Shown here: one piece after another, positions 1 to 11,880 of the stretch
How positions within the stretch are numbered: position 1 is the first letter of the stretch
How the letters are laid out: the number at the start of each line of letters is the position of its first letter
DNA from: Eledone cirrhosa
Lineage: Eukaryota
Direction: 5' to 3'
Length of the DNA stretch: 64,000 nt
NCBI GenBank assembly: GCA_964016885.1
Contig: OZ024740.1
Coordinates: forward strand, 41,664,001-41,728,000
Made by a program: the position numbers and the translations under genes
The notes under the pieces: generated by a model
What the model was told of the DNA's origin: nothing
Database searches by the model: none
The model's input: only the letters and a program-made list of their open reading frames with translations

Positions 1-3000
1 TGTCGGAGGAAGAAGAAGAAGGAAAGGGACCAGAACCAACTGGACGAAAGAATTGAATAGAACTGTTATGCAATGTTACCTGAACAGTAACCCCAAGGAG
101 AAAGGCTATAGGAAAAAGGATGCATAACATCTGGAACGAGATTGGTTTATTTAAATTAGATGAACAAAAATTGGCCGGGCAGGCTCGGGTAATAAGAACT
201 AATGGGTGGATAAGCGAGCTGGAACTGGAGGAACTGAGCAGAGAGATTAGGTTGGAAATGGAGAGTGGAGTATGCCAGGCAAACGAGCCAGTGGGAAATG
301 AAGGTGAAGAGGTCGAGAGAACGGAGGAACCACCCGAAGCAGACAATGATCTGAATGCTGAAATAAATAATACCTGGAACAGAGATACGGCCACTGATGA
401 GATGAATGCTGACGGGCTAGGACAGATTTAGTTGATATCCTAAACTTAGTGGTAGATGAATTGAACAATGATAGTGGGAAACCTATGAACCTAAGATTTG
501 TAGACAGGAAAAAGTTAAAAGAAACAACAGTTAAGGTAAACAAAGTCATCCCATACCTTGAGGCGAGGAGCCTTCACCAGTGCAACAATATCCTCAAAGC
601 AACAGCAAATACGGCGAGGAAACTACTTGGTATAAAAGCGAGAGGAAACAACAAACAAGAAAGATCAGAGCCTTGGTGGAAGAAACGACTGAGTGGTCAA
701 ATCAGGGAAATGAGAAATGACATTGGAAAGCTTGAGTCCCTACTGAATGGGACACTAAAAATCATAGACACTAAAAATAGACTGGAAATAAAGTACAAAA
801 CTAGGAGGAAAAAGCTAAATATTATCATAAAGGAACTGAAGCAACGCATTGTAGCAAAGAGTGCAAAAATCAGGCGATACGAGAAGAGAGTCAGTCAGTA
901 TAGACAGAACCGCATGTTCGACAACAACCAGAAGATGCTGTTTGGACAGCTTGAAGGAAAAGAAAGAGGCGGAACAAACTAAAACATTCTGGAGAGGAAT
1001 ATGGGAGCAGGATGTTAAACATAATGACCAGGCAGTGTGGATTGAGACAGTACAGAAGGAGATTAGTGAACAGGCACACCAAAAAAACTGATTTAAGTAT
1101 CGCAGTTGAAACTCTTAAGGGGCAGGCCAAAAACTAACCAACTGGAAATCACCAGGCCCAGATGGTGTGCAGGGGTATTGGATTAAAAATATAACATCCC
1201 TCCACCCGAAACTGACAACCATGTTCAATGACTGCTTGATGTCAGGTGAGGTACCAGAGTGGTACCACAGTTCTGATAATGAAAGACCGAATCAAGGGTA
1301 ATGATGTTACCAACTATAGACCTATCACATGTCTGTCCGTAATGTGGAAACTGTTGACAAGCATTATGTCTGAGGAAATCTACCATCACCTCCACACAAA
1401 CAACTTGTTACCGGACGAACAGAAAGAATGCCGAAAGAAGTCACGTGGTACAAAGGACCAGTTACTTATTGATAAGATGGTAATGAGGAATTGCAAGAGG
1501 AGACACACTGGTCTTGCCATGGGATGGATAGACTACAAAAAGGCATTTTACATGGTGCCTCATTCTTGGATCACCAAAAGCCTGGAGATCTTCAAGGTGG
1601 CAGATAACATCAGACAGTTGTTGGGCAAAAGTATGAAGTCCTGGGAAACAGAGTTAACATCAACTGGAGAATCCTTGGGAAGCGTGAAGATCAAGAGAGG
1701 TATCTTCCAGGGAGATAGTCTGTCCCCTCTGTTGTTTGTCCTTGCCCTGATGCTCCTGACCAGTGTACTGCGAAAAGTGAGAGCAGGATACAGGTTGGGA
1801 AAGGGAAGGCTTACCATCAATTACCTCCTCTTCATGGACGATCTTAAGCTCTTCGGGAAGAGTGAGAGGAGTTGGATGTGCTTGTTGACACTGTCCGTAT
1901 TTTCAGCAATGATATATGTATGCAATTTGGTATTAGTAAGTGTGGAGTCCTTGTGATGAAGAGGGGTAAATTGAGCAGAAACAACGGAATCCAGGTACCA
2001 ACAGGTGAGATGATAAAGGAAATTGACTCTGAAGAAGGATACAAGTATTTGGGTGTCCTGGAGGCTGATGACATCAAGAACAAAAAAATGAAGGAATTGA
2101 TGAGAACTGAATACATTCGGAGAGTAAGGAGCGTATTAAAGTCAAATCTGAACAGTAGGAATGCCATAAGTGCAGTAAATTCTCAAGCTGTGTCTATTAT
2201 TAGGTACAGTGCGGGAATTCTGAGATGGAATGTTGCTGAACAAAAAGAAATGGATAGGAAGACTAGGAAGCTATTGACTATCTACAACATGTTCCACAAG
2301 AGGAGTGATGTCGAAAAAACTCTACTTAAAGAGATCTGAAGGTGGAAGAGGTCTTATCAGCATAGAGGACTGTGTTCAAATGGAGAAAAACAACCTACAC
2401 AAATACGTGACTGATAGTAAGGAGCCAATGCTCAGAACTGTACTGAAGGGGGGGGGGGGACAATAGACCAGAGGATGTCCAACGAGGAAATAACATCAAG
2501 GAGAAAGAACAGCCTTCAGGAAAAATCCCTTCATAGTACCTTCTTTGAGGAAACTGAATTCAGAGATCCACAGACATGGAACTGGTTGAAAAGAGGAGAC
2601 CTTAAAAAGGCTACAGAAGGAATGTTAATGGCTGCGCAGGAGCAGGCCCTCAAAACGAAGTGGTTGAAACACCATATTTACAAGGAGGAGGCTAGCCCAC
2701 TGTGCAGGATCTGTGGAGAGAGAGAGTAGAATGTGGCTCACATTGTATCCGAGTGTAAAGACCTAGCCCAGACTCACTATAAGGGTTGGAGACATGATGT
2801 GATAGGCAGGGTGATCCACTGGCACCTATGCAAAGTAAACAATTTACCACATTCTGAGAAGTGGTATGAGCATAAGTCAGAGTTGGTGATAGAAAACGAT
2901 CAGGTGAAGGTGATGTGGGATTTTAGGATACAGACGGACAAGAAACTGGAACACAATAGGCCTGACCTGGTGGTTTTGGACAAGGAAAAAAGATCGTGCC

Positions 3001-3346
3001 TGATTGTGGATGTGGCCTGCCCATTCGACACGAGAGTGCAAGAGAAGGAGAGGGAGAAAATTAACCGATACCAGGACTTAAAGTGGGAGGTAAAAAGGAT
3101 TTGGAACTGCCATGAAGTCAAAGTGGTCCCGATTGTCATAGGCGCACTAGGTACTATCTCAAAAAGTTTCCAGGGATGGTTAAATAAAATTGGCCCCTTC
3201 ACGCTTTTTGGAACGCTTCAAAAGGCATGCTTGCTGGGAACAGCAAGAACCCTCCGATACGTCCTGAATATCTGAGGCTGCAGGTAGTGGCTTGATATTC
3301 ATTTCAACAAACTTTCCAGTTAACTAACATCAATGACTGAGACTCA
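1..3346 (+). mobile_element. Dong/R4-clade non-LTR retrotransposon (family A), decayed; 5' end lies outside the window
   Basis: Fragments read in order: N-terminal WTKELNRTVMQCY...GYRK.MHNIW; RT motifs [51 protein letters not shown]; CCHC knuckle CRICGERE*NVAHIVSEC; RLE motifs RHD, RPDLVV, IVDVACPFD, KINRY. A short 3' UTR ends in (AAT)n, the known Dong target/tail. Confidence 0.93.
2..3275 (+). pseudogene. Disrupted RT + CCHC + restriction-like endonuclease ORF of Dong/R4 family A
   Basis: One original ORF split into track pieces 120-431, 449-982, 861-1091, 1246-1956, 1872-2339, 2475-2729 and 2733-3275 by frameshifts and stops. Confidence 0.9.

Positions 3347-3385
<39 letters not shown>
3347..3385. 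repeat. (AAT)13 microsatellite
   Basis: Seen directly; separates the Dong A 3' end from the Tx1-type 3' end. Confidence 0.99.
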
Positions 3386-3386
<1 letters not shown>

Positions 3387-3391
3387 TTTTC

Positions 3392-3397
3392 TTTATT
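3392..3397 (-). promoter_or_regulatory. Polyadenylation signal AATAAA at the 3' end of the Tx1-type LINE
   Basis: Plus strand TTTATT at 3392-3397; minus strand reads AATAAA-GAAAAC-(ATT)13. Confidence 0.6.
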
Positions 3398-3628
3398 AAC
3401 CACAAGGGTTCACATAAAGTAGACATTAAGGACAGTACAGGACAATACATGACGGTACAAATGGGCATTTCTGCGTGTAAAAAAACAGAGGTTGAAATAA
3501 AATAACAAAGAAAAATTCCCCAATAGGGGGGAGACTTCCAAGGGACATTTGTGGAGAAAGCCCATTAAAAGACCACAGTGGCCCTGACCACCAGGGCAAG
3601 TGCCCTCTCCCAGTTTTCCACCTTTAAT

Positions 3629-6600
3629 TTACAGACACATACTCAGAGAAGGCCCATTCATTCGGGCCATACTTGCTTCTCTCACCCATCTTTCAACAAA
3701 ATGCTGGGAAGAGAGCACTTCCCTCTCTACCCTGATTTTCCTTTTCAAATGAAATTTGAAAAAGTTAATCAGGGCATCACCGAAGAGGTAAGTGCTCGTC
3801 TTCAGCCCTTTCAAACGTGTCCACCATACTATCTCTTTCGCCATGGCCACCAGACAGATAAAAACTGCCTGCCCTTCCAGGCTAAAGGAAGGGGGCGGGG
3901 CAATCCTCACGATGGACTCAGCTGATAGCTGGATCCGTCCTACACGTGACAGCAGGTGTTCGACATAAACCCACAAGTCAGCAATGCTCGGACACTGGAC
4001 GAGTGCGTGCAGGACGGTTTCGTCGCCCTGCGCGCATCTCGGACATGCCCGGCTGACGGCACCTCCATGCCTGTAGAGTTTATCCCGAACTGGCAAAGCT
4101 CCTCGGTAGCACTGCCAGGTCAGGGATTTCTGGAAGTTGTCCATAGGCCACGGCCCGAAAGTCCTTCCGAAGAGATTGGCTAGTTGATTTTCGTCGACGC
4201 CTAGAGTTTCTCCAAGTACGTCGTCGCTCTTCCCCTCCACTAATCCCCTATAGAACGCCAAGGTGGAGTTTCCACCGATCACATTGCCCGATTGGTCGAG
4301 GGCTGTGAGCGCCTGAAGACATTCCAGTCTCCAAGCGCTCCCTCTCGGTCTTCGCTTGACCCAGGACTGCAGCTCCGTCAAGGAGACGAGCTGGGGAAAA
4401 ACGTGTCTTGCAAACGGCGACCACACCTGATCACCGTCGAGGAAGAGGTGGAGATGTCGTAGCCTGAGCGCGTGTCTGCGCATCATCAGCCACGGCATGC
4501 CCAGCCCTCCACGTAGCGGGTGTTGACAGCAGATGGACCGCCTGACCATCGGAGCGCGTCCCTTCCACAAGAAGCGAAAGAGCAAACGCTCCCGCGCACT
4601 CAGGCGGGGCTTAGGACAAGGTACGACGGTCAGGCGGTAGTAGATGACGGATGCGATGTACGCATTCGCCACCTCCGCTCGACCTTTCAGGGATAGCTTC
4701 CTCTCGGCCCATTTCTGGGTGAGAGAAGCCACCCTGCTCGTCACCTCGTCCCAGTTTTTGTCCGTCTGGAGGTCTGGACCGAACCAGACCCCTAGCAATT
4801 TAACCGGTCCGTCCGTCCAGCGCCCGACGACGCTGTTGGACGGCATGGACCTGCCTCTCCAGGTGCCGAGCTGCAGGCCCACTGACTTTTCCTGGTTGAT
4901 CATTGCTCCTGTCACCGCTTCGTGTTCTCTTAGTGTAGTGCCGATCGCCTCGATGTGTTTGGCGTTCGACACCACTACGGTGACATCGTCGGCATATGCT
5001 GACACGGATCTTCCGCATCCTAGTTCGCGCGGGACCCCCCTCAACGTCTCCAGTTTGTGCAGTAATGGCTCGAGAGTCAATACGTACAATAGGGACGAGA
5101 GGGGACATCCTTGGCGGACCGAGCGCATGATGTTGAACGGTTCCGAAAGGTGACCGTTCACTCTCACTACAGAGCAGATGTCGCTGTGCATGGCAGCAAT
5201 CCAGCCTCTGAAGACGGGCCCAAAGCCAGCCGCCCTCAGGACTGCCGCTAGGTAACGATGGTCGACCCTATCGAAGGCTTTCGACTGATCTAAATTGATC
5301 AAAGACCCACCCGTGCCAGGTTCCCTAGCTACCCTCTCTACGATGTATCGCATGAGGTGGAGGTTGTCGTGGATGGATCTGTCGGGAATGGCGCATGTCT
5401 GTGCCTCTCCCACCAGACCACCAACGACAAGCGCCAACCTCTTTGCTAGCACCTTGGCCAAAATCTTGAACTCTGTGTTTAGCAGAGTTATGGGCCTAAA
5501 ATTATCTATGTTATCCCCCTTGTTCGGATCCTTTCTCAGCAGCGCCACCGCTCCTCGGCTCAGAGAGTTGGGAATTCTCCCGTTCTGTTGCCAGTTGCAG
5601 TAGACGTCCGCCAAGAGGCCTCCGAACAAGTTTGGCATTTGTACGTAAAGTTCATAGGGCAGACCATCCAAACCAGGCGATTTACCCCTTGTGCAACTAG
5701 TCATTGCATCCCGTACTTCAGCGGTTGTTATCGGCTTTTCGCAACACTCCGCCTCAGTGGCCGAAAGCCGCGGCAGTCCGTCGAGGTAGACACTAAAGTC
5801 CATCCCTCGATCCGGCCCGCCACTGCCACCGAACAGTTGAGCGAAGTGTCGCTGAAAAGCTTCACACATTTGCCCGGGATCGAGTAGCATGCGCCCGTCG
5901 TCGTCCACCAAAGACCGGATCGTGGCTTTGTTGCCACGACGCGCCTCCGCCACTCGGGCCCATTGAACGGCTTTCGTCCCCTCGTGTCTGAGAGCACGCA
6001 CCCTAGCTCTGACAACGCAGCCTTCGTGCTTTGCATTGAAGAATTGGTCAAGGGCCAATTTCGCCGCAAGTACGTCGGTCGCGATGCCTTTGCTAAGCGC
6101 CTCATCTAATTTTCTAACTAATTCTCCCTCTGCTCTATTTTTCTCTATTGCTAAAGTCTTACTAAACCTAATGGACTCTATTCTAATTGCTCTTTTCAGA
6201 GCAAACCACCACTTGTTGTTGACGATGGCCCCCGTCAACGCCCGCTTAACTAGTTCGCTAATCCGGTCTCTGTAGGCCTTGCGCGCTGGTAAGGACGCGT
6301 TTAGCTTCCAGTAGCCGGGTCCTCGTCTATGAAGCCTATCTAAGTCAAGCACACAGATCACGAATTTGTGGTCCGTGTAGCTGACTATCTTGAATTGTGG
6401 ACAGCCTATGCTAGACCTATCTATTTCCCTACAAAATACTCTATCTAGATATGATCTGGATGACCCTATGCGATTTGTCCAAGTCCACATTGGTACATTC
6501 GGGAAATCCATTCGGTACCTGTCAGACAGTTCAAAACGTCTGAGCAGGTTGGTGAGACTCTTGCACCCTCCTTCCCTATCCACTAATCCCACACAATCCC

Positions 6601-7048
6601 AGCGTGCATCTAAGATCCCGTTCCAGTCGCCCACTAACACTAAAGAGCGGGACGTTCCAAGAAAGGTCTCCAGACGCCAGAAGAAATCAGGCCGCCCTGC
6701 TCCTGTCGGGGCATAGACGGCCACTAACTTGAAAGCTTGCCCGTCTCCGCTGGTCACGTCCAGCACCACCAACTTACCTTCTGGGTCCAGGAAGATGGCC
6801 CGTATGGCAAGATCCAAACCTCTCCGAAAAAGCACAGCAACTCTTCCCCCCGATCCCGGACGGCTGGGAGATGCGTACACATCGTAGCCGCCGAAGATCG
6901 GTGCGAAAGCCTGTGCTTCGGAGATTCTGGTCTCGCTGATGGCCACTACATCTATGTTTAGTGACCTGAGGTCGTTGAGCAGGTGGCCCTGCTTCCATGA
7001 CGACCCCAAGCCACGCGCATTTATGCTGCCTATTCTGAGTGAGGTCAT
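3629..7048 (-). CDS. LINE ORF2: APE endonuclease + reverse transcriptase + C-terminal zinc-binding domain, intact 1139 aa
   Basis: APE motifs SINARGL, VAISET, VAVYAP, GDWN, YLDR, TDH; RT motifs KSPGLDG, NFRPITLLN, LDQSKAFDRVDH, VRQGCPLS, YADD, LLGV; C-terminal CPRC-X8-H-X4-C. No stops. Confidence 0.96.
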   Translation of the reverse strand: MTSLRIGSINARGLGSSWKQGHLLNDLRSLNIDVVAISETRISEAQAFAPIFGGYDVYASPSRPGSGGRVAVLFRRGLDLAIRAIFLDPEGKLVVLDVTSGDGQAFKLVAVYAPTGAGRPDFFWRLETFLGTSRSLVLVGDWNGILDARWDCVGLVDREGGCKSLTNLLRRFELSDRYRMDFPNVPMWTWTNRIGSSRSYLDRVFCREIDRSSIGCPQFKIVSYTDHKFVICVLDLDRLHRRGPGYWKLNASLPARKAYRDRISELVKRALTGAIVNNKWWFALKRAIRIESIRFSKTLAIEKNRAEGELVRKLDEALSKGIATDVLAAKLALDQFFNAKHEGCVVRARVRALRHEGTKAVQWARVAEARRGNKATIRSLVDDDGRMLLDPGQMCEAFQRHFAQLFGGSGGPDRGMDFSVYLDGLPRLSATEAECCEKPITTAEVRDAMTSCTRGKSPGLDGLPYELYVQMPNLFGGLLADVYCNWQQNGRIPNSLSRGAVALLRKDPNKGDNIDNFRPITLLNTEFKILAKVLAKRLALVVGGLVGEAQTCAIPDRSIHDNLHLMRYIVERVAREPGTGGSLINLDQSKAFDRVDHRYLAAVLRAAGFGPVFRGWIAAMHSDICSVVRVNGHLSEPFNIMRSVRQGCPLSSLLYVLTLEPLLHKLETLRGVPRELGCGRSVSAYADDVTVVVSNAKHIEAIGTTLREHEAVTGAMINQEKSVGLQLGTWRGRSMPSNSVVGRWTDGPVKLLGVWFGPDLQTDKNWDEVTSRVASLTQKWAERKLSLKGRAEVANAYIASVIYYRLTVVPCPKPRLSARERLLFRFLWKGRAPMVRRSICCQHPLRGGLGMPWLMMRRHALRLRHLHLFLDGDQVWSPFARHVFPQLVSLTELQSWVKRRPRGSAWRLECLQALTALDQSGNVIGGNSTLAFYRGLVEGKSDDVLGETLGVDENQLANLFGRTFGPWPMDNFQKSLTWQCYRGALPVRDKLYRHGGAVSRACPRCAQGDETVLHALVQCPSIADLWVYVEHLLSRVGRIQLSAESIVRIAPPPSFSLEGQAVFICLVAMAKEIVWWTRLKGLKTSTYLFGDALINFFKFHLKRKIRVEREVLSSQHFVERWVREASMARMNGPSLSMCL

Positions 7049-7158
7049 GTTGAAAAGGAGTGGAAAAGATGGGAAAGACCACTTACCTTACTTCTCGTAG
7101 GGGAAGGACGGTTTTTCCATCCTTTTCACTGCTTGTGGCCTCCTCAGGAAGGATGTCC

Positions 7159-9068
7159 TTATAAATCCTCCTGGAGAGTGCTTGTCGGAAGTCTCCGATG
7201 TCTTTGGGGAATTTTTCGTTTTAGTGTCATGTACGTTTTCTGTGTGATGCGAGTGATTTGTATGTGTGGAGGTGGTGTGAATTTTGGGGTTGTTGTGTAG
7301 TCTTTTTCTGTGATGCTGGTGTTGTGTTGGATGTAGTGTAATAATTGCTTGTTGTTCAAATTTAATGCTGTGTAGTGTGTATCGTTTTGGTTGTTTTGTT
7401 TTGTTTGCGTTTGTTGTGGGTTTGTTTCTGTTTCGCATTTTGGTGACTTTTGTGGTGTAGGTGATGGTGGTGTTGGAGTTAATGATGGTGATGGTGTTGG
7501 TGTTTGGGTTGATGGGGTTGGTGATGCTGGTGTGGATGGTGGCATATCTGTCCTAACTTTTTTGTTTCTTAGTTTATTTGTTTCCCTCTGTATTTTGTTT
7601 TTGGAGGGGGAAGGAAGAGAATTTTTTCTTTTTTGGTTTCTTTTTTTTTTTCCGGATATCGTTTCCCACTCCTCGTCGTCACAATCTGTCTCCAGTTGTG
7701 ATAGGCCGGGGAGTGGAAAATCCTCCACAGCCGTTAGTTTTGGTTGTGGTGTGGTGGATGGTGTAGGCGCTGGTGCTAGTTCTGAAGCGTTGGGTGGTGG
7801 TGGTGTTGGTTTTGCTGGTGGTGGTAGTGGTGTTGGTTTTGCTACTGTTGCTGGGGTTGTTGCTGTTATAGTTGCTTCTGTTGTTGCTGCTACAGTTGTT
7901 GCTGCCATCTCTGCTACTGGTGGTGTTGATGGTTGTGTCACTGGGGTGGGTAGGAGAGGTGGCCTCAACCTTTTAGCCTGAGGGCAGAAAGCCCTTAGGT
8001 GGGTTCCTTCACCACAAACGACACACCTAGGTCTTCTGCCCTCGACAATTACCGTGAGGTGGCTGCCGTCAGTGAGGTCTATTACCTCTGGGATCTCCTC
8101 AATGCTTTTTTGGTCCGCTTGGATCAGGAGCTCCATCCCAGATCCGGACCAGTTTTCCTGCTTTTCTTTTGCTACTGCTATTATTTTCGTGTTGGCTTCG
8201 ATGCCGGCGAGGACAGCCGCTATTAGCCAGGGAATTTCGATGGCCGGTGGAACGTGGGTCACCCTGATCTTTACGAGTCTCTGGCCACAATAGCTTGGGA
8301 CGAGTGTGAGGTCGTCACTTTTTAATGGGGCCATGGAGTGTTCTCTAGCCTCCTCTGGTGTTTCAAAGAACACATCCACGGTTCCATACTTTTGCCCACG
8401 TCTGATGTGGGTTTTTCTTGCCCACACATGTCCCAAAGCTTTTTGGATTTGGGACTCGGATGCCCGTTCCACTCGGCGCGATTTTACATTTATTGTTCTA
8501 TACGACACGGTGCACAGGCGCCGATGCTCCATTTTATTAGGTGGGGGGTGAGGCTGACCCTGTACCCATCTTTCTTTACCATTTGTTTGGCATTTTCTAA
8601 ATCTTCTTGAGTTACCGTGAACGCTTCGAATTGTTTTGCTACGATGGCGAAACTGAGGGTCGGTTTTATAATGTCATTGTTGTTGTTGTTGCTATCGTTA
8701 ATATTAATTTTATTTTCAGTTGTGGTGGTGGTGACGTCAGTCGTCTTTGGTGGGGAAGAGTCCATTTTGCTTGATTTCATTTCGACGTCACGAGTTAATT
8801 TATTTTTTTCTTCTTTTGTTTCTGTTGTCGCGGTGGTGGTGGTGGTGGTGGTTGTCGCGGTGGTGGTGGTGGTGGAGGGTTTAACACCTGCAGTCATTGG
8901 TAATGGCGGGAAATGAATGTCTGCCTGAGACAAATTTAAAATATTGCTACTGCTTATATTTTTTTTTGTGTTGGCAAACGTAGTAACATTTACAATGGTG
9001 GTGTCGGTGTGAGGTGTTATTTTGTGAGGAAGGCTTTCAGCTGCTTCGTGCAGAGGGGAATTAGCCAT
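7159..9068 (-). CDS. LINE ORF1 (gag-like nucleic-acid-binding protein, ~636 aa if rejoined) split by one frameshift near 8543-8548
   Basis: Track ORFs 9068-8490 and 8532-7159 overlap next to a C6 run. Contains an SFAIVAK motif, a CX2CX4HX4C knuckle (CVVCGEGTHLRAFC), a Pro/Thr-rich region and a basic WETISGKKKR patch. Confidence 0.82.
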
Positions 9069-9277
9069 TTTTTTTCAAAGAAATTTTTGGATAATAATAA
9101 AAGTTAAAATTTTGGGCACAAGGCCCCAATCTTTTTGGGTGTCCTTTTCGGAAAACAATGTATGTGCGCTTATATATGATTAACAATAAAAATTTTCCAT
9201 AAATGGCAATTTTTAACAAACGGAAATAACAAACCTTTGCGGAGCTCACGATGATACGATTTACTACGTAGGTCGCC

Positions 9278-9325
<48 letters not shown>
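9278..9325. repeat. (AAT)16 microsatellite
   Basis: Seen directly; lies between the Tx1-type 5' end and Dong family B. Confidence 0.99.
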
Positions 9326-9327
<2 letters not shown>

Positions 9328-11851
9328 TTCATAATATACATGCCCCCATGGATAGACAGACAAATGAAAGATACAGCTGACATTGAGGAACAAATATGGG
9401 AAAATATAACAGTTGAACAGTTGCGTTTGGCTCTAAGAAAAACCAGCAAATGGAAATCCCCAGGAAAAGATAAAATACAAAATTTTTGGATAAATACCTT
9501 CACAGAGTCTCATGAGCTGTTAGCCCAACTTTACAATGAAATAGTTAAGGAGCCAGAAAAGATACCATCATGGCTAGTTAACGGCATTACATTCCTGCTT
9601 CCGAAGAATGATGAGACAAACAATCCCAAAAATTACAGACCGATAACTTGCTTGACCACAAGGTATAACATTTTAACATGAGTCCTAACTGAATATACAT
9701 ATGACCACCTGATAACAAATGACCTATTTCCCATTGAGCAGAAAGGGTGTAAACGAGGCTCATATGGCTGTAAGGATCAGCTTTTGGTTAACAAAATGAT
9801 ACTGGAAGATTGTCATAATAGACACAAAAATCTATCAACTGCTTGGATAGATTATAAAAAAGCATTCGATAGTTTGCCACACAGTTGGATTGAAAAATAT
9901 TTAGAGATTTTCAAAATATCTCCCGTTGTCAGGAGGTTTTTGTCATTCAGTATGAGTACATGGAAAACGACACTCTTTTTGAATAGTGAAACAAAATCAC
10001 TGGAAGCTGGAGAAGTTAATATTAATTGTGGAATTTTTCAGGGTGACTCTTTATCACCGCTTTTATTCTGCATCGCACTTATACCATTAAGTAAAATGCT
10101 CAATGAAACAAAACATGGATATAAAGTCTATGACAAAACCATTAATCACTTGTTCTACATGGATGACCTGAAACTATTTGCAAAAAATGATGAACAATTG
10201 CAAGGGCTATTATCCACTGTGGAGCAGTTCAGTGATGACATTAAAATGGAGTTTGGACTAGATAAATGCGCCAAAGCAACGTTCACCAGAGGAAAGCTGC
10301 TGAAAAGTTCAGACATTAATCTTGATCAGAGGAATGTGATAAGAGAACTTGATCAAGAGGAAACTTACAAATATCTAGGTGTTTGTGAAGGAGACGGAAT
10401 CAAGCACTCGACAATGAGGGAAAGGATAAGGAAAGAATGTTACCGCAGAGTAAGAGCAATCTTAAGAACGGAATTGAATGCAAGGAATAGGATCGATGCC
10501 ATAAACACGCTTGCCATACCAGTAGTAACCTACAGTTACAATGTCATCAACTGGTCAAGCACAGAGATCCGTAGGCTCGATACAAAAATTCGAAAATTCT
10601 TAACCATGCACAGAATGCATCACCCTAAGGCAGATACAGATAGAATATATCACCCTAGGAAAGAAGGAGGACGTGGGTTAATCCAGTTAGATATTGCGTT
10701 GAAAACTGCAACAATTGAATTATCTACATATCTAAGGGAATCACATGATTGGATGATCAAACTTGTTTTGAAACACGAAAGCATCAAAAGATCATACTCC
10801 ATTACAAAAGATGCACAAAGATACAGTAATGGACTACAAATTTCAGAAGTCCCATTTACTGCTGAAATGGAAAACACAGAAAAAGCAAAGCAGGTAAAAG
10901 TAACTGCAAAGAAAGAACTGCTACAGAAACTGGCTAAGAAATGGCAAGAAAAGCCTCTGTATGGAAAATACCCAGAACGAGCTAACAATCCTGATGTTGA
11001 CAAAACTTTAACCCATCAGTGGTTGGCATCCTCTGGACTGAAATCGGAGACTGAAGGACTGATTATATCAGCACAAGATCAGTGTCTGCCAACAAAAAAT
11101 TACCAAGCCAACATAATAAAAAATGGATGCAGCCCATTATGCCGTGTATGTAAAAAACAACCAGAGACCATTGACCATATAATTTCAATGTGCAGTCCTA
11201 TAGCTCCAACCGAATACCTAAACAGGCATGAAAGAGCTGCACAATACATACATTGGATAATGTGTAAGCATGTTGACTTGCCCCATCAAAAGAATTGGTG
11301 GGAGCATCAACCACCTCCCATACTTGAAAAAGATCACATCTCAATCTTGTGGAACTTTAGCATCCAAACAGACCGAAAAATAGATGCAAATAGACCTGAT
11401 ATAATACTAAAGGACTTTAAAAAGAGGATATGCCTGCTAATTGATATGTCCGTTCCAATAGACAAGAATGTATCTATAAAAACATTTGAAAAATTGAGCA
11501 AGTATAAGGACCTGGAGATAGAAATTGGAAAAATGTGGAAATTGAGAACTAAAACAATACCAGTGGTTGTAGGCGCTCTAGGAATGATACCTAAGGGGTC
11601 TAATGACTACTTATCGCAAATCCCAGGAAACCCGCGTATAGGAGAAATACAAAAGATAGTACTAATGGGAACTGCCCATATACTAAGGAAGATTCTGTCA
11701 ATATAAGTACATCACAAGTCTAAACACCTAAAGATGCATGTGTGTGTATGTATCTTCTTTCTTGAACATGGCGGACCTTGTTGTCTCTTGAGGTCACTGG
11801 TTGTGACTTGGTGATAACTCATATGAACATAACGCAAGATAAATGCAGCTG
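9326..11851 (+). mobile_element. Dong/R4-clade non-LTR retrotransposon (family B), 5'-truncated
   Basis: Starts just upstream of the RT domain; carries RT, CCHC and RLE motifs; ~145-bp 3' UTR unlike that of family A; flanked on both sides by TAA repeats. Confidence 0.93.
9340..11706 (+). pseudogene. RT-CCHC-RLE ORF of Dong family B, N-terminally truncated, with a single in-frame TGA at 9679-9681
   Basis: [92 protein letters not shown]. The frame continues through the stop. Confidence 0.92.
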
Positions 11852-11878
11852 TAATAATAATAATAATAATAATAATAA
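11852..11878. repeat. (TAA)9 microsatellite
   Basis: Seen directly. Confidence 0.99.
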
Positions 11879-11880
11879 CA

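Larger units (their letters stand above)
3386..9277 (-). mobile_element. Apparently full-length two-ORF L1-superfamily LINE, Tx1-clade-like (~5.9 kb)
   Basis: 5' UTR 9277-9069, ORF1 9068-7159, 110-bp spacer, ORF2 7048-3629, 3' UTR with AATAAA. Both ends abut (AAT)n. Clade assignment rests on the ORF1 zinc knuckle and ORF2 motifs, not on a tree. Confidence 0.9.

Noticed and set aside
2448-2459. G12 run inside Dong A as a functional G-quadruplex
   Set aside because: An isolated homopolymer at a disrupted point of a dead ORF; most likely slippage or a sequencing artefact.
8824-8876. 27-bp duplicated (GGT)-rich unit in ORF1 as the source of the 27-bp satellite
   Set aside because: Same length only. 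The sequence is unrelated and encodes a Thr-rich tract.
3578-8916. Plus-strand ORFs overlapping the Tx1-type element (e.g. 4644-5153, 7391-7981, 8617-8916)
   Set aside because: Antisense shadows of GC-rich or low-complexity ORF1/ORF2 sequence with no motifs of their own.
3347-9325. Defined target-site duplication for the Tx1-type element
   Set aside because: Flanks are pure microsatellite, so TSD length cannot be read.
9061-9503. Poly-Leu and poly-Tyr ORFs
   Set aside because: Translations of the (AAT)16 microsatellite.
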